Source: Candidatus Krumholzibacteriia bacterium (GTDB taxonomy: Bacteria > Krumholzibacteriota > Krumholzibacteriia > Krumholzibacteriales > Krumholzibacteriaceae). From it: DNA of 64,000 nt. The notes beneath the pieces are model-generated. The model was not told where the DNA came from. It saw only the letters and a list, made by a program, of their open reading frames with translations, and ran no database searches. The stretch spans positions 192,001 to 256,000 of the forward strand of contig CAWIIQ010000003.1 in assembly GCA_963836185.1 (NCBI GenBank), read 5' to 3'. Positions 20,079 to 30,596 of this stretch are shown piece after piece. The first letter of the stretch is position 1. The number at the start of each line of letters is the position of its first letter. A program made the position numbers and the translations under genes.

Positions 20079-21819
20079 CGGCCCTCCGGCCGGTACCTGT
20101 TCGTGATGGGAAGCCTGCGGTCGCGCCCGAAGGCCTTCGGGGTGATCTTGATCCCCGGAGGGCCCTGCCTGCGCTTGTATTCGCTGAAGTCTATCATCCG
20201 GATGACCCGCCGGACGGTAGCCCGGTCGATGCCGGCCGCGACGATCTCCCTGACAGAAAGGTCGCCCTCGACGTAGAGCTCGATGATCCGGTCGAGGACG
20301 GGATACGGCGGGAGGGAATCCTCGTCCGCCTGTCCCGGCTTCAGCTCTGCCGAAGGTTTCCGCCTGATCGTGGATGCGGGGATGACCGCACTGCCCGCCT
20401 CGCGGTTCCGCCAGCGGCTCAGGGAGTAGACCGTCGTCTTGGGGACATCCTTGAGGACGGCGAATCCTCCGACCATGTCACCATAGAGGGTGCAGTAGCC
20501 GACGGCGATCTCGCTCTTGTTTCCGGTGGCCAGCACGAGCCAGCCGAACCGGTTCGACAGCGCCATCAGGATATTCCCCCTGATCCGCGCCTGGATGTTC
20601 TCCTCGGTGACCCCGATCTCCCCCTTCGGGACATCGGGGCTGAGAAGGTCGCGGTACGATTCGAAGATATCCGATATCGGGTATTCGTAGAGGTCGATGC
20701 CCAGGTTATCTGCCAGCCTGAAAGCGTCGCTGAGCGTTCCCCTCGAAGTGAACCCCGAGGGCATCGTCACGCCGTGGCACTCTGCCAGGCCCTATGGCGT
20801 CAACCGCTATGGCCGCGGTGAGGGCGGAATCGATTCCTCCGCTGAGCCCGAGCACAACTCCCCCGAACCCGTTCTTGACGATGTAATCGCGCGTGCCCAT
20901 CACGAGAGCGTCGTAGATCTCCTCGACGGGACCGGGGTGATCGGCCTTTCTCCTCGCGTGGCAGCGGCACGGCTTTTCTCTTCGGAAGGGCTGGAAGGGG
21001 TATCGTCTCGACCGTGATCGCCGCGCAGGTGGTTCCGCGGCTGTCCGGCCTTTTCCCCCTGCGGACGGGGACATCGGCGATGATCATCTCCTCGCTGAAG
21101 GGGGCCGCCCTGGCGACCGTTTCTCCGCGCGGCGAGCAGATCACACTGCTTCCATCGAAGAGAAGCTCGTCCTGGCCCCCGAGGAGGTTGATATAGCAGA
21201 GCCAGACGTCGTTTTCGCGCGCCCTTCTCTGCATAAGCTTTTCTCTCTCGGGCCCCTTGCGGCGGTGGTAGGGCGAGGCCGAGATGTTGACGGCTATTCC
21301 CGCGCCTCCGGCTCCGGCCTGGCACCCGATCGGGCCGTCATCGACCCAGACGTCCTCGCATATGTTGATTGCTATCTTCGTGCCGTCGAAATCGAGTATG
21401 GTCGCAGACGAGCCGCTCGTGAAATATCGCTTCTCATCGAAGACGCCGTAGTTGGGGAGGTTTATCTTGCGGTAGCGGCGGCGACCTTACCTCCGTAGAG
21501 GAGCACGGCGTCGTTGTAGAGGGGGCCGCCCTTCTCTCGGGGCCTCTCCGGGAGAGCCGACGATAACGGCTATCCCGCTTGCTGTCTTTGCGAGGGATCT
21601 CAGCTCTTTCTCGCAGTCCCTGAGGAAGGCGGGTTTGAGAAGAAGGTCCTCGGTCGGGTAGCCGCAGAGGACGAGCTCCGGGAAGGCGAGAAGCTGGACC
21701 CCGCGCTTTTTCGCCTCACGGATCCATCTTCGCACCAGGGCGGCATTCCCCTTGAGGTCCCCCACGGTGGGGTTTACCTGGGCCAGCCCGATACGGACCT
21801 TATTCTGCCTGTCGCTCAT
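20075..21819 (-). CDS. nadE: Glutamine-dependent NAD+ synthetase (several frameshifts in the assembly)
   Basis: Pieces in different frames: [71 protein letters not shown]. Confidence 0.92.
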
Positions 21820-21848
21820 ATCGGGATTATTGTAACACCCGCCGGACC

Positions 21849-21872
21849 GGCCGGTGAAACAAAATCGCCCCC
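21849..21872 (+). repeat. 24-bp direct repeat, left copy
   Basis: GGCCGGTGAAACAAAATCGCCCCC, identical to 23124-23147. Confidence 0.95.
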
Positions 21873-22065
21873 ATCTCGCTGGCAAAAAAAATCACGATGT
21901 TGATGAATGGCAAGAGGCACTGTATCCGCCCATTTACCGTTGATGTTAAAATCGAAATTCTTGCTACTGGTACAAAAATTGACGCCCATTCAGCCTGCCT
22001 TTGTGTTAAATTCATTTTTGGCAGAGAGGCGACGACAGGGCAAAAACAGTCGGGGGAACGGATAA

Positions 22066-23034
22066 ATGGATGAATTGAGATTCGAGCAGCTGACGGTTGG
22101 AATATTGATTAAGCGTGAAGGTGGCATGTTTGCGTCTTGCGGGCTGGGTGTATTCTATGACCCGACTAAAAAGAGAGAAAAGCCTGAAATCAAATCTGCT
22201 TACGGGGAATATGAAGAAGAAACCATCTATGGAAAGAACAGCAGAATCGGCGGCAAGCATAAATATCCAAATGTCGACCCGGCGACAGCCGCAGAAATAT
22301 TTTTTGAAACAATGAACATGGCTGGCGTCAAAGCCGAAAAGCCGGTTGAAAGGCAATTAAGGCTGGACCTCGAGGGCAATCTGGGTTATCTGGTGCGGTT
22401 TCCGAAGGAAGACCTTGAAAGGGGACGCTCAATATTTGAGTTCCTGTCGACTCTGTATTATAACCATCGAAATGTGCTGACATCTTTTAAATATCTTGAT
22501 AAGGCCAAGAAAGAAAATCTGGGGCAGGCAACGGTTGTGACACTCTGCCCTCATGTAAGAATGTTGCACACGGAAAGGTTCCAGCCGATCTACATTGGAG
22601 GAACCCAACTGTTGGACAATGCAGAAGTTGATAAATCAACAATCGCTCTCAATTTTTATGGTGTTAAATTACAGCGACTCAAGCAATTTAAAGACGAGAT
22701 CGATTCCCGCTTCACTATCCATTCCATCTCTTTTGAAGATATGCCGGCTGATCAGGTCGCCTATACGCATTCTGTGATTTGGGACAACAAAGATCTGCCA
22801 AGAGGGTACAGGGCAAATCTGATAAGGAGAGGACTGGTCGGATTTCAGGACAGGGATTCGGGCAAGTTGGTTGCTTACAGTCTGTTCCCGGCGGAAATGG
22901 AGACAAGACTTCTCGAGTCGCTGGAATTGTTTCAAAAAACGTCCCTTGATACGAACGGGCTGCTGCAGAAATACATAGCTGTAAACAAACTTATCAAACA
23001 GGTTGTGAAAGACGAGTATTTCGCCGATTTTTAA
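22066..23034 (+). CDS. Hypothetical protein (322 aa) on an AT-rich insert
   Basis: Long ORF with atypical, AT-rich codon usage; no recognisable motif, signal peptide or TM segment. Confidence 0.75.
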   Translation: MDELRFEQLTVGILIKREGGMFASCGLGVFYDPTKKREKPEIKSAYGEYEEETIYGKNSRIGGKHKYPNVDPATAAEIFFETMNMAGVKAEKPVERQLRLDLEGNLGYLVRFPKEDLERGRSIFEFLSTLYYNHRNVLTSFKYLDKAKKENLGQATVVTLCPHVRMLHTERFQPIYIGGTQLLDNAEVDKSTIALNFYGVKLQRLKQFKDEIDSRFTIHSISFEDMPADQVAYTHSVIWDNKDLPRGYRANLIRRGLVGFQDRDSGKLVAYSLFPAEMETRLLESLELFQKTSLDTNGLLQKYIAVNKLIKQVVKDEYFADF

Positions 23035-23123
23035 ATGAGGCACCTTCTGAACATCCCGGCCGCCGAAATTCTATATCTCACCGATCCATATCCTCATGTT
23101 CCCCTATCTGCTTCCGCGGCTAA

Positions 23124-23147
23124 GGCCGGTGAAACAAAATCGCCCCC
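23124..23147 (+). repeat. 24-bp direct repeat, right copy
   Basis: Identical to 21849-21872. Confidence 0.95.
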
Positions 23148-23156
23148 TCTCTCGTA
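23130..23156 (+). promoter_or_regulatory. ECF sigma (SigW/SigM-like) promoter
   Basis: TGAAAC-17 nt-CGTA, upstream of a DUF4097 gene. Confidence 0.6.
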
Positions 23157-23192
23157 AACCGGAATATGAAGGGTAACGGAAAGGAGTTCCAG

Positions 23193-24434
23193 ATGAAGAG
23201 ATCCATGGTTATCGTGGTGGCCGCGTTGCTTGTCGTGATGCTGCCGGCGATTGTACTTGCGGGCGGGGACGTCCGGAAGGTCGAGAAGACATTCGAGCTG
23301 AAAAAGGGCGGAAGTCTCAATATCGAGATCAAGGTCGGCGGTGACATCATCATCGAGGGCTGGGACCGCAACGAGGTCTCCGTTAAGGCGAAGATCAGCG
23401 GCAGGGACCGTGACGATGTCGAGCTCGATTTCGAGAAGAAAAGCAAGGGGCTCGAGATAAACGCGGAAATCGACGATAGAAGGGACAAAAAGGCGAGCTG
23501 CGATCTCTACATCATGGTTCCCGAGAAATTCGACATAGAATTCGAGACTATGGGCGGCGACGTTTCCATAAAGGGCGTCGAAGGGGAGGTCACCGGCCAG
23601 ACGATGGGCGGCGACGTCGATTTCGAGAAGCTTTCGGGTTATCTCGCAGTGACGACGATGGGCGGGGATATCACGGTCCTCGACTCCGAAGTAGACGGCA
23701 AAGTCAAGACGATGGGCGGTGACGTCGAGATAATTGACGTCAAGGGCGACCTGAGGGGATCGACTATGGGCGGCGACGTCACTTACGAGAATGTCGAGCG
23801 CACCGGCGATAGCGATGATGAGATAGTCATCTCATCGATGGGCGGTGACCTCGCGCTCGACTACGCCGGCAAGAGCATAAAGGCTAAGACTTACGGCGGC
23901 GACATCGAAGTATCGAAGGCCGAGAAGGTAAACGTAACGACTATGGGCGGCGACATCAGTGTCGAAGAGGCCCCCACGGGCGCCAGGATGAAGACGATGG
24001 GCGGGGATATAGAGATAGGCAAGGCCGGCGAGTATGTCGATGCCGAGACGATGGGAGGCGACATCACGATCGATGATATCGACGGCTGGGTCAAGGCCGT
24101 TACGATGGGCGGAGATGTCGAGGTCACCATGACGGGCGATCCCGACAAGGGAAAGCGCGATGTCGAGATCAAGTCGATGGGCGGAGATGTCGACCTTACG
24201 GTCCCCAAGGGGCTTTCGATGGAGTTCGACATAGAGATACAGTGGACGAAGAACCACGATCGCAAGCCGAAGATCGTCTCCGATCTCAGTATCGATGTCG
24301 AAGAGACGAAGGAATGGAAGAAGAAGAACGGCAGCAAGAGAAAATACATCTACGGCACCGGCAAGACAGGGAGCGGAAAGCACACCGTCAAGATCAGGAC
24401 GATCAACGGCAACGTGCACATCAACGAGGAATAA
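23193..24434 (+). CDS. Secreted DUF4097 beta-strand repeat protein
   Basis: Signal peptide; 12 (T/S)(M/Y)GGD(V/I/L) repeats; C-terminal IRTINGNVHI. ATG follows AAGGAG. Confidence 0.88.
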   Translation: MKRSMVIVVAALLVVMLPAIVLAGGDVRKVEKTFELKKGGSLNIEIKVGGDIIIEGWDRNEVSVKAKISGRDRDDVELDFEKKSKGLEINAEIDDRRDKKASCDLYIMVPEKFDIEFETMGGDVSIKGVEGEVTGQTMGGDVDFEKLSGYLAVTTMGGDITVLDSEVDGKVKTMGGDVEIIDVKGDLRGSTMGGDVTYENVERTGDSDDEIVISSMGGDLALDYAGKSIKAKTYGGDIEVSKAEKVNVTTMGGDISVEEAPTGARMKTMGGDIEIGKAGEYVDAETMGGDITIDDIDGWVKAVTMGGDVEVTMTGDPDKGKRDVEIKSMGGDVDLTVPKGLSMEFDIEIQWTKNHDRKPKIVSDLSIDVEETKEWKKKNGSKRKYIYGTGKTGSGKHTVKIRTINGNVHINEE

Positions 24435-24488
24435 AGGCGCGGGAAACCAGCGACCGCGTTTTTACGGACCCGCTGCGGCGTTAAGAGG

Positions 24489-24528
24489 CAGAGAGGGGGA
24501 CGGGCCAGGAGCCCGGCCCCCTCTCTGT
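24489..24528. terminator. Hairpin between convergent genes
   Basis: CAGAGAGGGGG..CCCCCTCTCTG inverted repeat. Confidence 0.6.
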
Positions 24529-24531
24529 ATC

Positions 24532-25344
24532 CTAAAGCTCCGGATATATATCGGGCAGGCGCGATGGAAGGAAGAACCTGCGGGCATTGCTGCTCTCGAT
24601 CTCGGAGAGGTCGACGTCGCAGTAGAGGATATGGTCCTCCCCTGCTGGTGACTGGGCCAGGACCCGCCCGTCGGGCCCGACGACGTAAGATTCCCCGGCG
24701 AAATCGAGACAGTCCTCTTTGCCGACCCTGTTGGCGAGGGCGGCGAAGTAGCCGTTCTGGAAGGCGGCGACGCGGAGCTCGGCCTCGTAGAGGCCCTCGG
24801 GCCATTCGCCGATCGAACCGGCCTGCGGCACCACCACTATCTCCGCCCCGTTAAGGGCAAGGGCGCGCATGTACTCGGGGAAATGGCGGTCGTAGCATAT
24901 CGCCACCCCGACCCTGCCGGCGCTCGTCTCGAAGACCCCCGCACCGAGGTCGCCGGGGGCATAGTACCCCTTCTCGCGAAAGCAGGGGAGATCGGCGACG
25001 TGGACCATCCTGTTCTTTCCGGCGATCATCCCGTCTGAATCTATCACGGGTGAGCAGTCGTACGTCTTATTCCCGTCCCGCTCGAAGAGGTTGAGGACGA
25101 CGACTACGCCGAGCTCCTTCGCCTTCGCGCAGAAAGCATCGGTGACAGGGCCGGGAACCGTCTCGGCCAGCTCGAGGACATCTCCCTGCGCCTCGTGCTG
25201 GGGGAGAAACCAGCTGAACGCGAGCTCGGCGTACGCGACGAGGTCCGCCCCGGCACGGGCCGCTTCCTCGAGTGCCGCGAGCCCCCTGTCGATATTGTTC
25301 CTCATATCCCTTTCGGCGTGCTGCTGCACGAGCGCTATCTTCAT
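24532..25344 (-). CDS. Carbon-nitrogen hydrolase (N-carbamoylputrescine amidase / beta-ureidopropionase-like)
   Basis: YAEL, FREKGYY.PG, ICYDRHFPE, NRVGKE and FAGES motifs. Confidence 0.88.
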   Translation of the reverse strand: MKIALVQQHAERDMRNNIDRGLAALEEAARAGADLVAYAELAFSWFLPQHEAQGDVLELAETVPGPVTDAFCAKAKELGVVVVLNLFERDGNKTYDCSPVIDSDGMIAGKNRMVHVADLPCFREKGYYAPGDLGAGVFETSAGRVGVAICYDRHFPEYMRALALNGAEIVVVPQAGSIGEWPEGLYEAELRVAAFQNGYFAALANRVGKEDCLDFAGESYVVGPDGRVLAQSPAGEDHILYCDVDLSEIESSNARRFFLPSRLPDIYPEL

Positions 25345-25455
25345 GTCATATCCCTTCTAAACGCGGTTAGGCCCCTTTTCACCATTCTAGCACCCTCTGT
25401 CCGGCGCTTAAACATGAATTATCCACGGAATTGTTGTTGATAGCATTAATAAAAG

Positions 25456-25484
25456 TTGACAATTATCGACAATTTCCTTACTAT
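25456..25484 (+). promoter_or_regulatory. Sigma70 promoter of the Lrp operon
   Basis: TTGACA-17-TACTAT. Confidence 0.7.
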
Positions 25485-25530
25485 CTTCAGCCTGAACGCA
25501 GATATCCCTAATAAATCAAGGAGAATCGCG

Positions 25531-26079
25531 TTGGCAGCGGAAGTAGTGGAAATGCATCCGGTCGACAGGCAGATCGTCGAGATCCTGCAGGAGCAGGGCC
25601 GTATCTCGAACGTGCAGCTCGCCGAGCGTGTAGGCCTCAGCCCTCCCGCCGTCCTCGAGCGCGTAAGGAAGCTCGAGGAGAAGAACGTGATCACGGGGTA
25701 CACGGCGCTGGTCGACAACAAGAAGGTCGGCATGGGCACCGAGTCGTTCGTCGCGGTCTCGCTGAACCTGCACCAGAAGGATTCGATGGAGAATTTCCAC
25801 GAGTTCGTCGATGCCTGTTCGAGCGTCCGGGAGTGCTACCACATCGCCGGGACCGACGACTATCTCCTCAAGGTCTATACGAGGGACATCGACGATTACG
25901 AGAACTTTCTCCTTCATTCTCTGACGAGGATAAAGGGGATAGACCGCGTGAAGACGATGTTCGTTCTCTCGACCGTCAAACGGGAGATCAGCGTTCCGAT
26001 AGAGGAATCGGGCTGCACCGGCCCGAACGGAAACGGGCAGAAGAAAAACAGCAGGAAAAACGGAAAGTCACAGCCATAA
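25531..26079 (+). CDS. Lrp/AsnC family transcriptional regulator
   Basis: DRQIVEILQEQGRISNVQLAERVGLS..ERVRKLE HTH; ECYHIAGTDDYLLKV. TTG start after AAGGAG. Confidence 0.93.
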   Translation: MAAEVVEMHPVDRQIVEILQEQGRISNVQLAERVGLSPPAVLERVRKLEEKNVITGYTALVDNKKVGMGTESFVAVSLNLHQKDSMENFHEFVDACSSVRECYHIAGTDDYLLKVYTRDIDDYENFLLHSLTRIKGIDRVKTMFVLSTVKREISVPIEESGCTGPNGNGQKKNSRKNGKSQP

Positions 26080-26089
26080 GGAGGCGGAA

Positions 26090-27280
26090 ATGGAAGAGAA
26101 GGATCTGAGATTCGACACACTCGCCGTAAAGGGCGGGTACCCCTGGGAAGAGCAGCTGCGGTACAACACGATGCCCCCGCCGCTGATCCAGAGCTCGGTA
26201 TTCCCGTACGAGTCGGCTGAATGGGCCGCGGAGCTCTACAGCTACAAGAGGGAAGGATTCGCCTACGGGCGTATCAACAACCCGACATGCGACATCTTCG
26301 AGAAGAGGATGGCCCTGCTCGAGGGTACCGAGGCGGGCCTGGGCACAGCTTCGGGGATGGCGGCGATCTTCATGGTCGTACATCATCTTGTCGAATCGGG
26401 AGAAGAGATAGTCTCGTCGCAGAGGGTGTACGGCGGGACGCAGCAGCTCTTCGCTACGTCGTTCCCCAGGATGGGCATAAAGACGAACTGGGTCGTCGAG
26501 CCCGACAAGATCGAGGAATGGGAAAAGGCGATAACTCCGAAGACGAAACTGATGCACGTCGAGTCGCCGAGCAACCCGAACCTCTTTGTCGCCGACATCC
26601 CGGCGATCGCAGAACTGGCGAAGTCGAAGGGGATCCCCCTGATGGTCGATAACACGATCTGCTCGCCGGCCCTGATGAGGCCGGCAGAGATGGGCGCCGA
26701 CATAATCATCCACTCCGCGACGAAATATATCAGCGGAAACGGGACGAGCCTCTCCGGAGTGATCTGCGGGAAGAAGGAATTCATCGACCATGTAAGGCAC
26801 ATCGGCTACAGGAACATCGGTCCTTCGATCGCTCCGTTCAACGCGTGGCTCTGTCTTCTCGGACTCGACTCATTGTCGCTGAGGCTGAGAAAGCACTCGG
26901 AGAACGCGATGGCCATTGCGAAGTTCCTCGAGAAGCACCCGAAGATCGAATCGGTCAGGTATCCCGGCCTGCCGAGTCACCCGCAGCACGAGGTGGCGAA
27001 GAAGACGATGTCCGCCTTCTCATCGATGATGAGCTTCAACGTGGTGGGCGGCCTCGAGTCGACGAGAAATGTGATCGATAACCTGTCGGTCGCTGTTCAC
27101 ACGACGCATCTCGGTTCGTCGCAGACCGTGGCGATCCAGCCGGCGGCGACGACCCACTATCAGCTTGGCCCAGAAGAGAGGGCGAAAGCGGGAGTCCCCG
27201 AGAACATGATCCGTTACTCGGCCGGGCTCGAGGATGAGAACGATCTGATCGAAGATCTCGATCGGGCGCTGAACGCGTAA
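26090..27280 (+). CDS. PLP-dependent Cys/Met metabolism enzyme (gamma-lyase / gamma-synthase family)
   Basis: YGRINNPT, SGMAAI, YGGT, ESPSNP, VDNT, HSATKYISG (PLP lysine) and IRYSAGLE motifs. Confidence 0.9.
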   Translation: MEEKDLRFDTLAVKGGYPWEEQLRYNTMPPPLIQSSVFPYESAEWAAELYSYKREGFAYGRINNPTCDIFEKRMALLEGTEAGLGTASGMAAIFMVVHHLVESGEEIVSSQRVYGGTQQLFATSFPRMGIKTNWVVEPDKIEEWEKAITPKTKLMHVESPSNPNLFVADIPAIAELAKSKGIPLMVDNTICSPALMRPAEMGADIIIHSATKYISGNGTSLSGVICGKKEFIDHVRHIGYRNIGPSIAPFNAWLCLLGLDSLSLRLRKHSENAMAIAKFLEKHPKIESVRYPGLPSHPQHEVAKKTMSAFSSMMSFNVVGGLESTRNVIDNLSVAVHTTHLGSSQTVAIQPAATTHYQLGPEERAKAGVPENMIRYSAGLEDENDLIEDLDRALNA

Positions 27281-27308
27281 CGAACGATACGAAACGAGGG
27301 AGCAAACG

Positions 27309-28332
27309 ATGCAGAAACTCGCATTCATAGGATTCGGTGTCGTCGGGCAGGGCCTGGCGGAGATCCTGATAAAGAAAAAGGATGAGCTGAAGGCAAAGTA
27401 CGGGTTCGACTATTCGGTCGTCGCGGTGAGCGATTTCAAACTAGGTTCGGCGCTCGACAATAACGGGCTCGATCTTGGCAAGGTCCTCGAGCTCGCCGCG
27501 GACGGGAAGATCTCTGAGTATCCCGGCGCGACGACGGGGCTCGATGCTCTCGAAACGATAAAGCAGAGCGACGCCGACACGGTGATCGAGGTCTCGTACA
27601 CCGACATCAAGACTGGCGAGCCGGCCAACAGCCACTTCAGGGCCGCTCTCGAGGGAGGCAAGCACCTCATCACGACGAACAAGGGCCCGACGGCCCTCTT
27701 CTTCAAGGAGCTCGCCGCTCTCGCCGAAGAGCAAGGGCGTGCAGTTCCGCTACGAGGGAACGGTCGTAGCCGGTACACCGGTCCTCAACCTCGGCGAGTT
27801 CACGCTCGCGGGGAACGAGATCACCGAGATCCGCGGGATCCTCAACGGTACGACGAATTTCATCCTCACAAACATGGAGGCTGGAAGAGCGTACGACGAG
27901 GTCCTCAAGGAGGCGCAGGAGCTCGGGTTTGCCGAGGCCGATCCGACAGCGGACGTCGAGGGATTCGACGCGCTCGCCAAGGTCGTGATCCTCGCCAAGT
28001 CCGTGATGGGCGCCGACATCTCGCCCGAAGACGTCGACAGGACAGGGATCACCCAGATCTCCCTCGATGATGTCGCGGCGGCAAAGGCCGACGGGAAGCG
28101 CTGGAAGCTGATCGGCAAGGTCACCCGTGACGGCAGTGGCGTAAAGGCTTCGGTCAAGCCGGAGAAGGTCGCCCTGACAGATCCGCTCGCGGCGGTCGGC
28201 GGAGCGACGAACGCTCTTACCTTCGTCACCGATCTTCTCGGTGAAGTCACGATCGTCGGCCCCGGCGCCGGTAAGATCGAGACGGGATACTCGCTCCTCA
28301 TAGATATGCTGGCAATAGACAGGATGGTATAG
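27309..28332 (+). CDS. hom: Homoserine dehydrogenase, no ACT domain (frameshift near 27735)
   Basis: GFGVVG and ITTNKGP in the first frame; YEGTVVAGTP, GILNGTTNFIL, AEADPTADVEG and GPGAG in the second. Confidence 0.9.
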
Positions 28333-28334
28333 AT

Positions 28335-29747
28335 ATGAAGATGCTTATCGCGGGGAAATGGGTCGAGGGCAAGGAGACTATCGAGGTCCGCGACCCGTTC
28401 GACAACTCGGTGATAGATACGGTTCCGAGCGGGACCGCCGACGATATCAGGGCGGCGATCACCGCTGCCGAGGAAGGCTTTCGCGTCAGCCGCGCCCTGC
28501 CCGTCCACGAGAGGGTCAGGATCCTCAAGAAGGCCGCGGAGATCATCGACGCCAATGCCGAGGAGTTCGCCGTCATCATCGCGAGGGAAGGGAGCAAGAC
28601 GATCTCCGAGGCCCGCAAGGAGGTCTACCGCGCCGCCCAGACGATGACGATATCGGGCGAAGAGGCCCGCAGGATAAACGGCGAGACGATCCCGTTCGAT
28701 ACGAACATAGGCTCGGAGAACAGGCTCGGGTATTATTTCAGGTTCCCGATCGGGATCATCGCGGCGATCACACCGTTCAACGATCCGCTCAACCTCGTCG
28801 CCCACAAGCTCGGCCCGGCGATCGCCGGCGGCAACTCGGTCGTGCTCAAGCCAGCGACAGTGACACCCCTGTCGGCGCTGAAGCTCTGCGAGGCGCTGAT
28901 GGAGGCGGGCCTGCCCGACAACATCCTCAACTGCGTGACAGGCTACGGCTCGAAGATCGGCGATCCCCTCGTATCTGATCCCAGGGTCAGGATGGTCAGC
29001 TTCACCGGCGGCGTCGAGGCGGGACAGGAGATCATGAAAAAGGTCGGCCTGAAGAAGGTCGGCATGGAGCTCGGCTCCAACACGCCGGTCATCGTCTGCG
29101 ACGACTGCGATCTCGAGCAGGCCGTGGAGAACACCGTATCGGGCGCCTTCTGGGCGGCCGGGCAGAACTGCATCGGTGTCCAGCGGGTCTATATCGAGGA
29201 AGGGATCTACAAGAAATTCGAGACACTCTTCGTATCACGGACGAGGCAGTACAAGGTCGGCCCCAAGCTCGACGAGGACTGCAACATGGGCCCGATGATC
29301 GCCGAGGGAGAGGCGAAGAGAATAGAAAAGTGGGTCAACGACGCCGTCAAGAAGGGCGCGAAGATCCTCACCGGGGGAACGCGCAACGGTGCGATCTACG
29401 ATCCGACCGTTCTGGCCGACGTGCCCGAAGGGTGCCGCATCGACAAGGACGAGGTCTTCGCCCCGACGGTGAACCTCTATCCCGTTAAGGACCTGGACGA
29501 GGCTATCGCCAGGGCCAACGCTGTCGACTTCGGCCTGCACGCCGGTATCTTCACGAAGGATATCGGCAAGGCGTACAGGGCGATCCAGGAGCTCGAGGTC
29601 GGCGGTATCATCATCAACGACTCGTCCGACTACCGCGTCGACATGATGCCGTTCGGCGGAGTGAAGAAGAGCGGCCTCGGGCGCGAGGGGATCAAGTTCG
29701 CCCTCCAGGAGATGACAGAGCCGCGCGTCGTCTGCTTCAACCTGTAG
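28335..29747 (+). CDS. NAD(P)-dependent aldehyde dehydrogenase
   Basis: ITPFNDP, LKPA, FTGG, MELGSN, AGQNC, EVFAP and PFGGVKKSGLGREG motifs. Confidence 0.93.
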   Translation: MKMLIAGKWVEGKETIEVRDPFDNSVIDTVPSGTADDIRAAITAAEEGFRVSRALPVHERVRILKKAAEIIDANAEEFAVIIAREGSKTISEARKEVYRAAQTMTISGEEARRINGETIPFDTNIGSENRLGYYFRFPIGIIAAITPFNDPLNLVAHKLGPAIAGGNSVVLKPATVTPLSALKLCEALMEAGLPDNILNCVTGYGSKIGDPLVSDPRVRMVSFTGGVEAGQEIMKKVGLKKVGMELGSNTPVIVCDDCDLEQAVENTVSGAFWAAGQNCIGVQRVYIEEGIYKKFETLFVSRTRQYKVGPKLDEDCNMGPMIAEGEAKRIEKWVNDAVKKGAKILTGGTRNGAIYDPTVLADVPEGCRIDKDEVFAPTVNLYPVKDLDEAIARANAVDFGLHAGIFTKDIGKAYRAIQELEVGGIIINDSSDYRVDMMPFGGVKKSGLGREGIKFALQEMTEPRVVCFNL

Positions 29748-29770
29748 GCAGGAACTGCACCTGGTTAATA

Positions 29771-29808
29771 AAAGGGCGCTCCGCGTGGAGCGCCCTTTCT
29801 GTTTTGTT
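29771..29808. terminator. Bidirectional intrinsic terminator
   Basis: AAAGGGCGCTCC-GCGT-GGAGCGCCCTTT with A and T flanks. Confidence 0.85.
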
Positions 29809-29821
29809 TCGAGGCCCCCGG

Positions 29822-30587
29822 TCAGAGTCCGAGCACATCCGACATCTTGTAGAACCCGGCCTGTTTCCCGGCGATGAACCTTATCGCGCGGAGCGTGCCC
29901 ATCGCAAAGGTCTGACGTGAGTGGGCCCTGTGGGTCAGCTCGACACGTTCGCCCTCGCCGGCGAATATGACGGTATGCTCGCCGGTGACGTCGCCGCCTC
30001 GCAGCGAATGCATGCCGATCTCTCCCTCGGGCCTCTCGCCGACCATCCCCTGCCGCCCGTGGACGACGTTCGCACCGGCCCTTGCCTTCAGCGCTGCTTC
30101 TGCCAGCTTGACGGCCGTGCCGCTCGGAGCGTCCTTCTTCCTGTTGTGATGGATCTCGGTGATCTCGATGTCGAACCCGGGCAGGGCCTTCGCGATATCC
30201 TCGGTGACCTTGAAGAGGAGGTTTACGCCAAGCGACATGTTCGGGCTTACAAGTACGGGTATGGAGCCGGAGATCTCCCTCGCGCGGGTGACCTGCTGTG
30301 CGACAGCCCCGTCGTTCCCGTTATCGCCGCGACTCCGGCAGCGGAGCAGGCTTCGAGGAAAGCGGCGGCCGATTCGGGAGCGGTGAAGTCGACGGCGACG
30401 TCGGCGCCCGCGAGGGCTGCCGTCAGATCGCCGGTCGCCTCGATCCCACAGACGAGGCTCCCGATACCTTCATGGTCACCGTGGCATCGACAGCACCGGC
30501 AAGGGTGAGATCGTCCGCCGCGTCGATCTCACAGGCGACGATGCCGCCCATCCTGCCGAGGGCGCCGTTTATAACTACCTTGATCAT
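29822..30587 (-). CDS. dapB: 4-hydroxy-tetrahydrodipicolinate reductase (frameshifted in the assembly)
   Basis: MIKVVINGALGRMG, VDFT, PNMSLGVN, EIHHNRKKDAPSGTA and RGGDVTGEH motifs. Confidence 0.9.
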
Positions 30588-30596
30588 TTCGTGCCC

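Noticed and set aside
20075-21819. nadE (also dapB, hom) as true pseudogenes or programmed frameshifts
   Set aside because: Indels are scattered across unrelated and essential genes with no common slippery motif; sequencing error is the simpler explanation.
21849-23147. IS element or integron cassette
   Set aside because: No transposase motifs or terminal inverted repeats, and no attC-like palindrome; kept only as a repeat-flanked insert.
23540-24195. Regular ATGGGCGG(C/T/G/A)GA repeats as a CRISPR array
   Set aside because: They are in-frame coding repeats (TMGGD) with wobble variation, and there are no cas genes.
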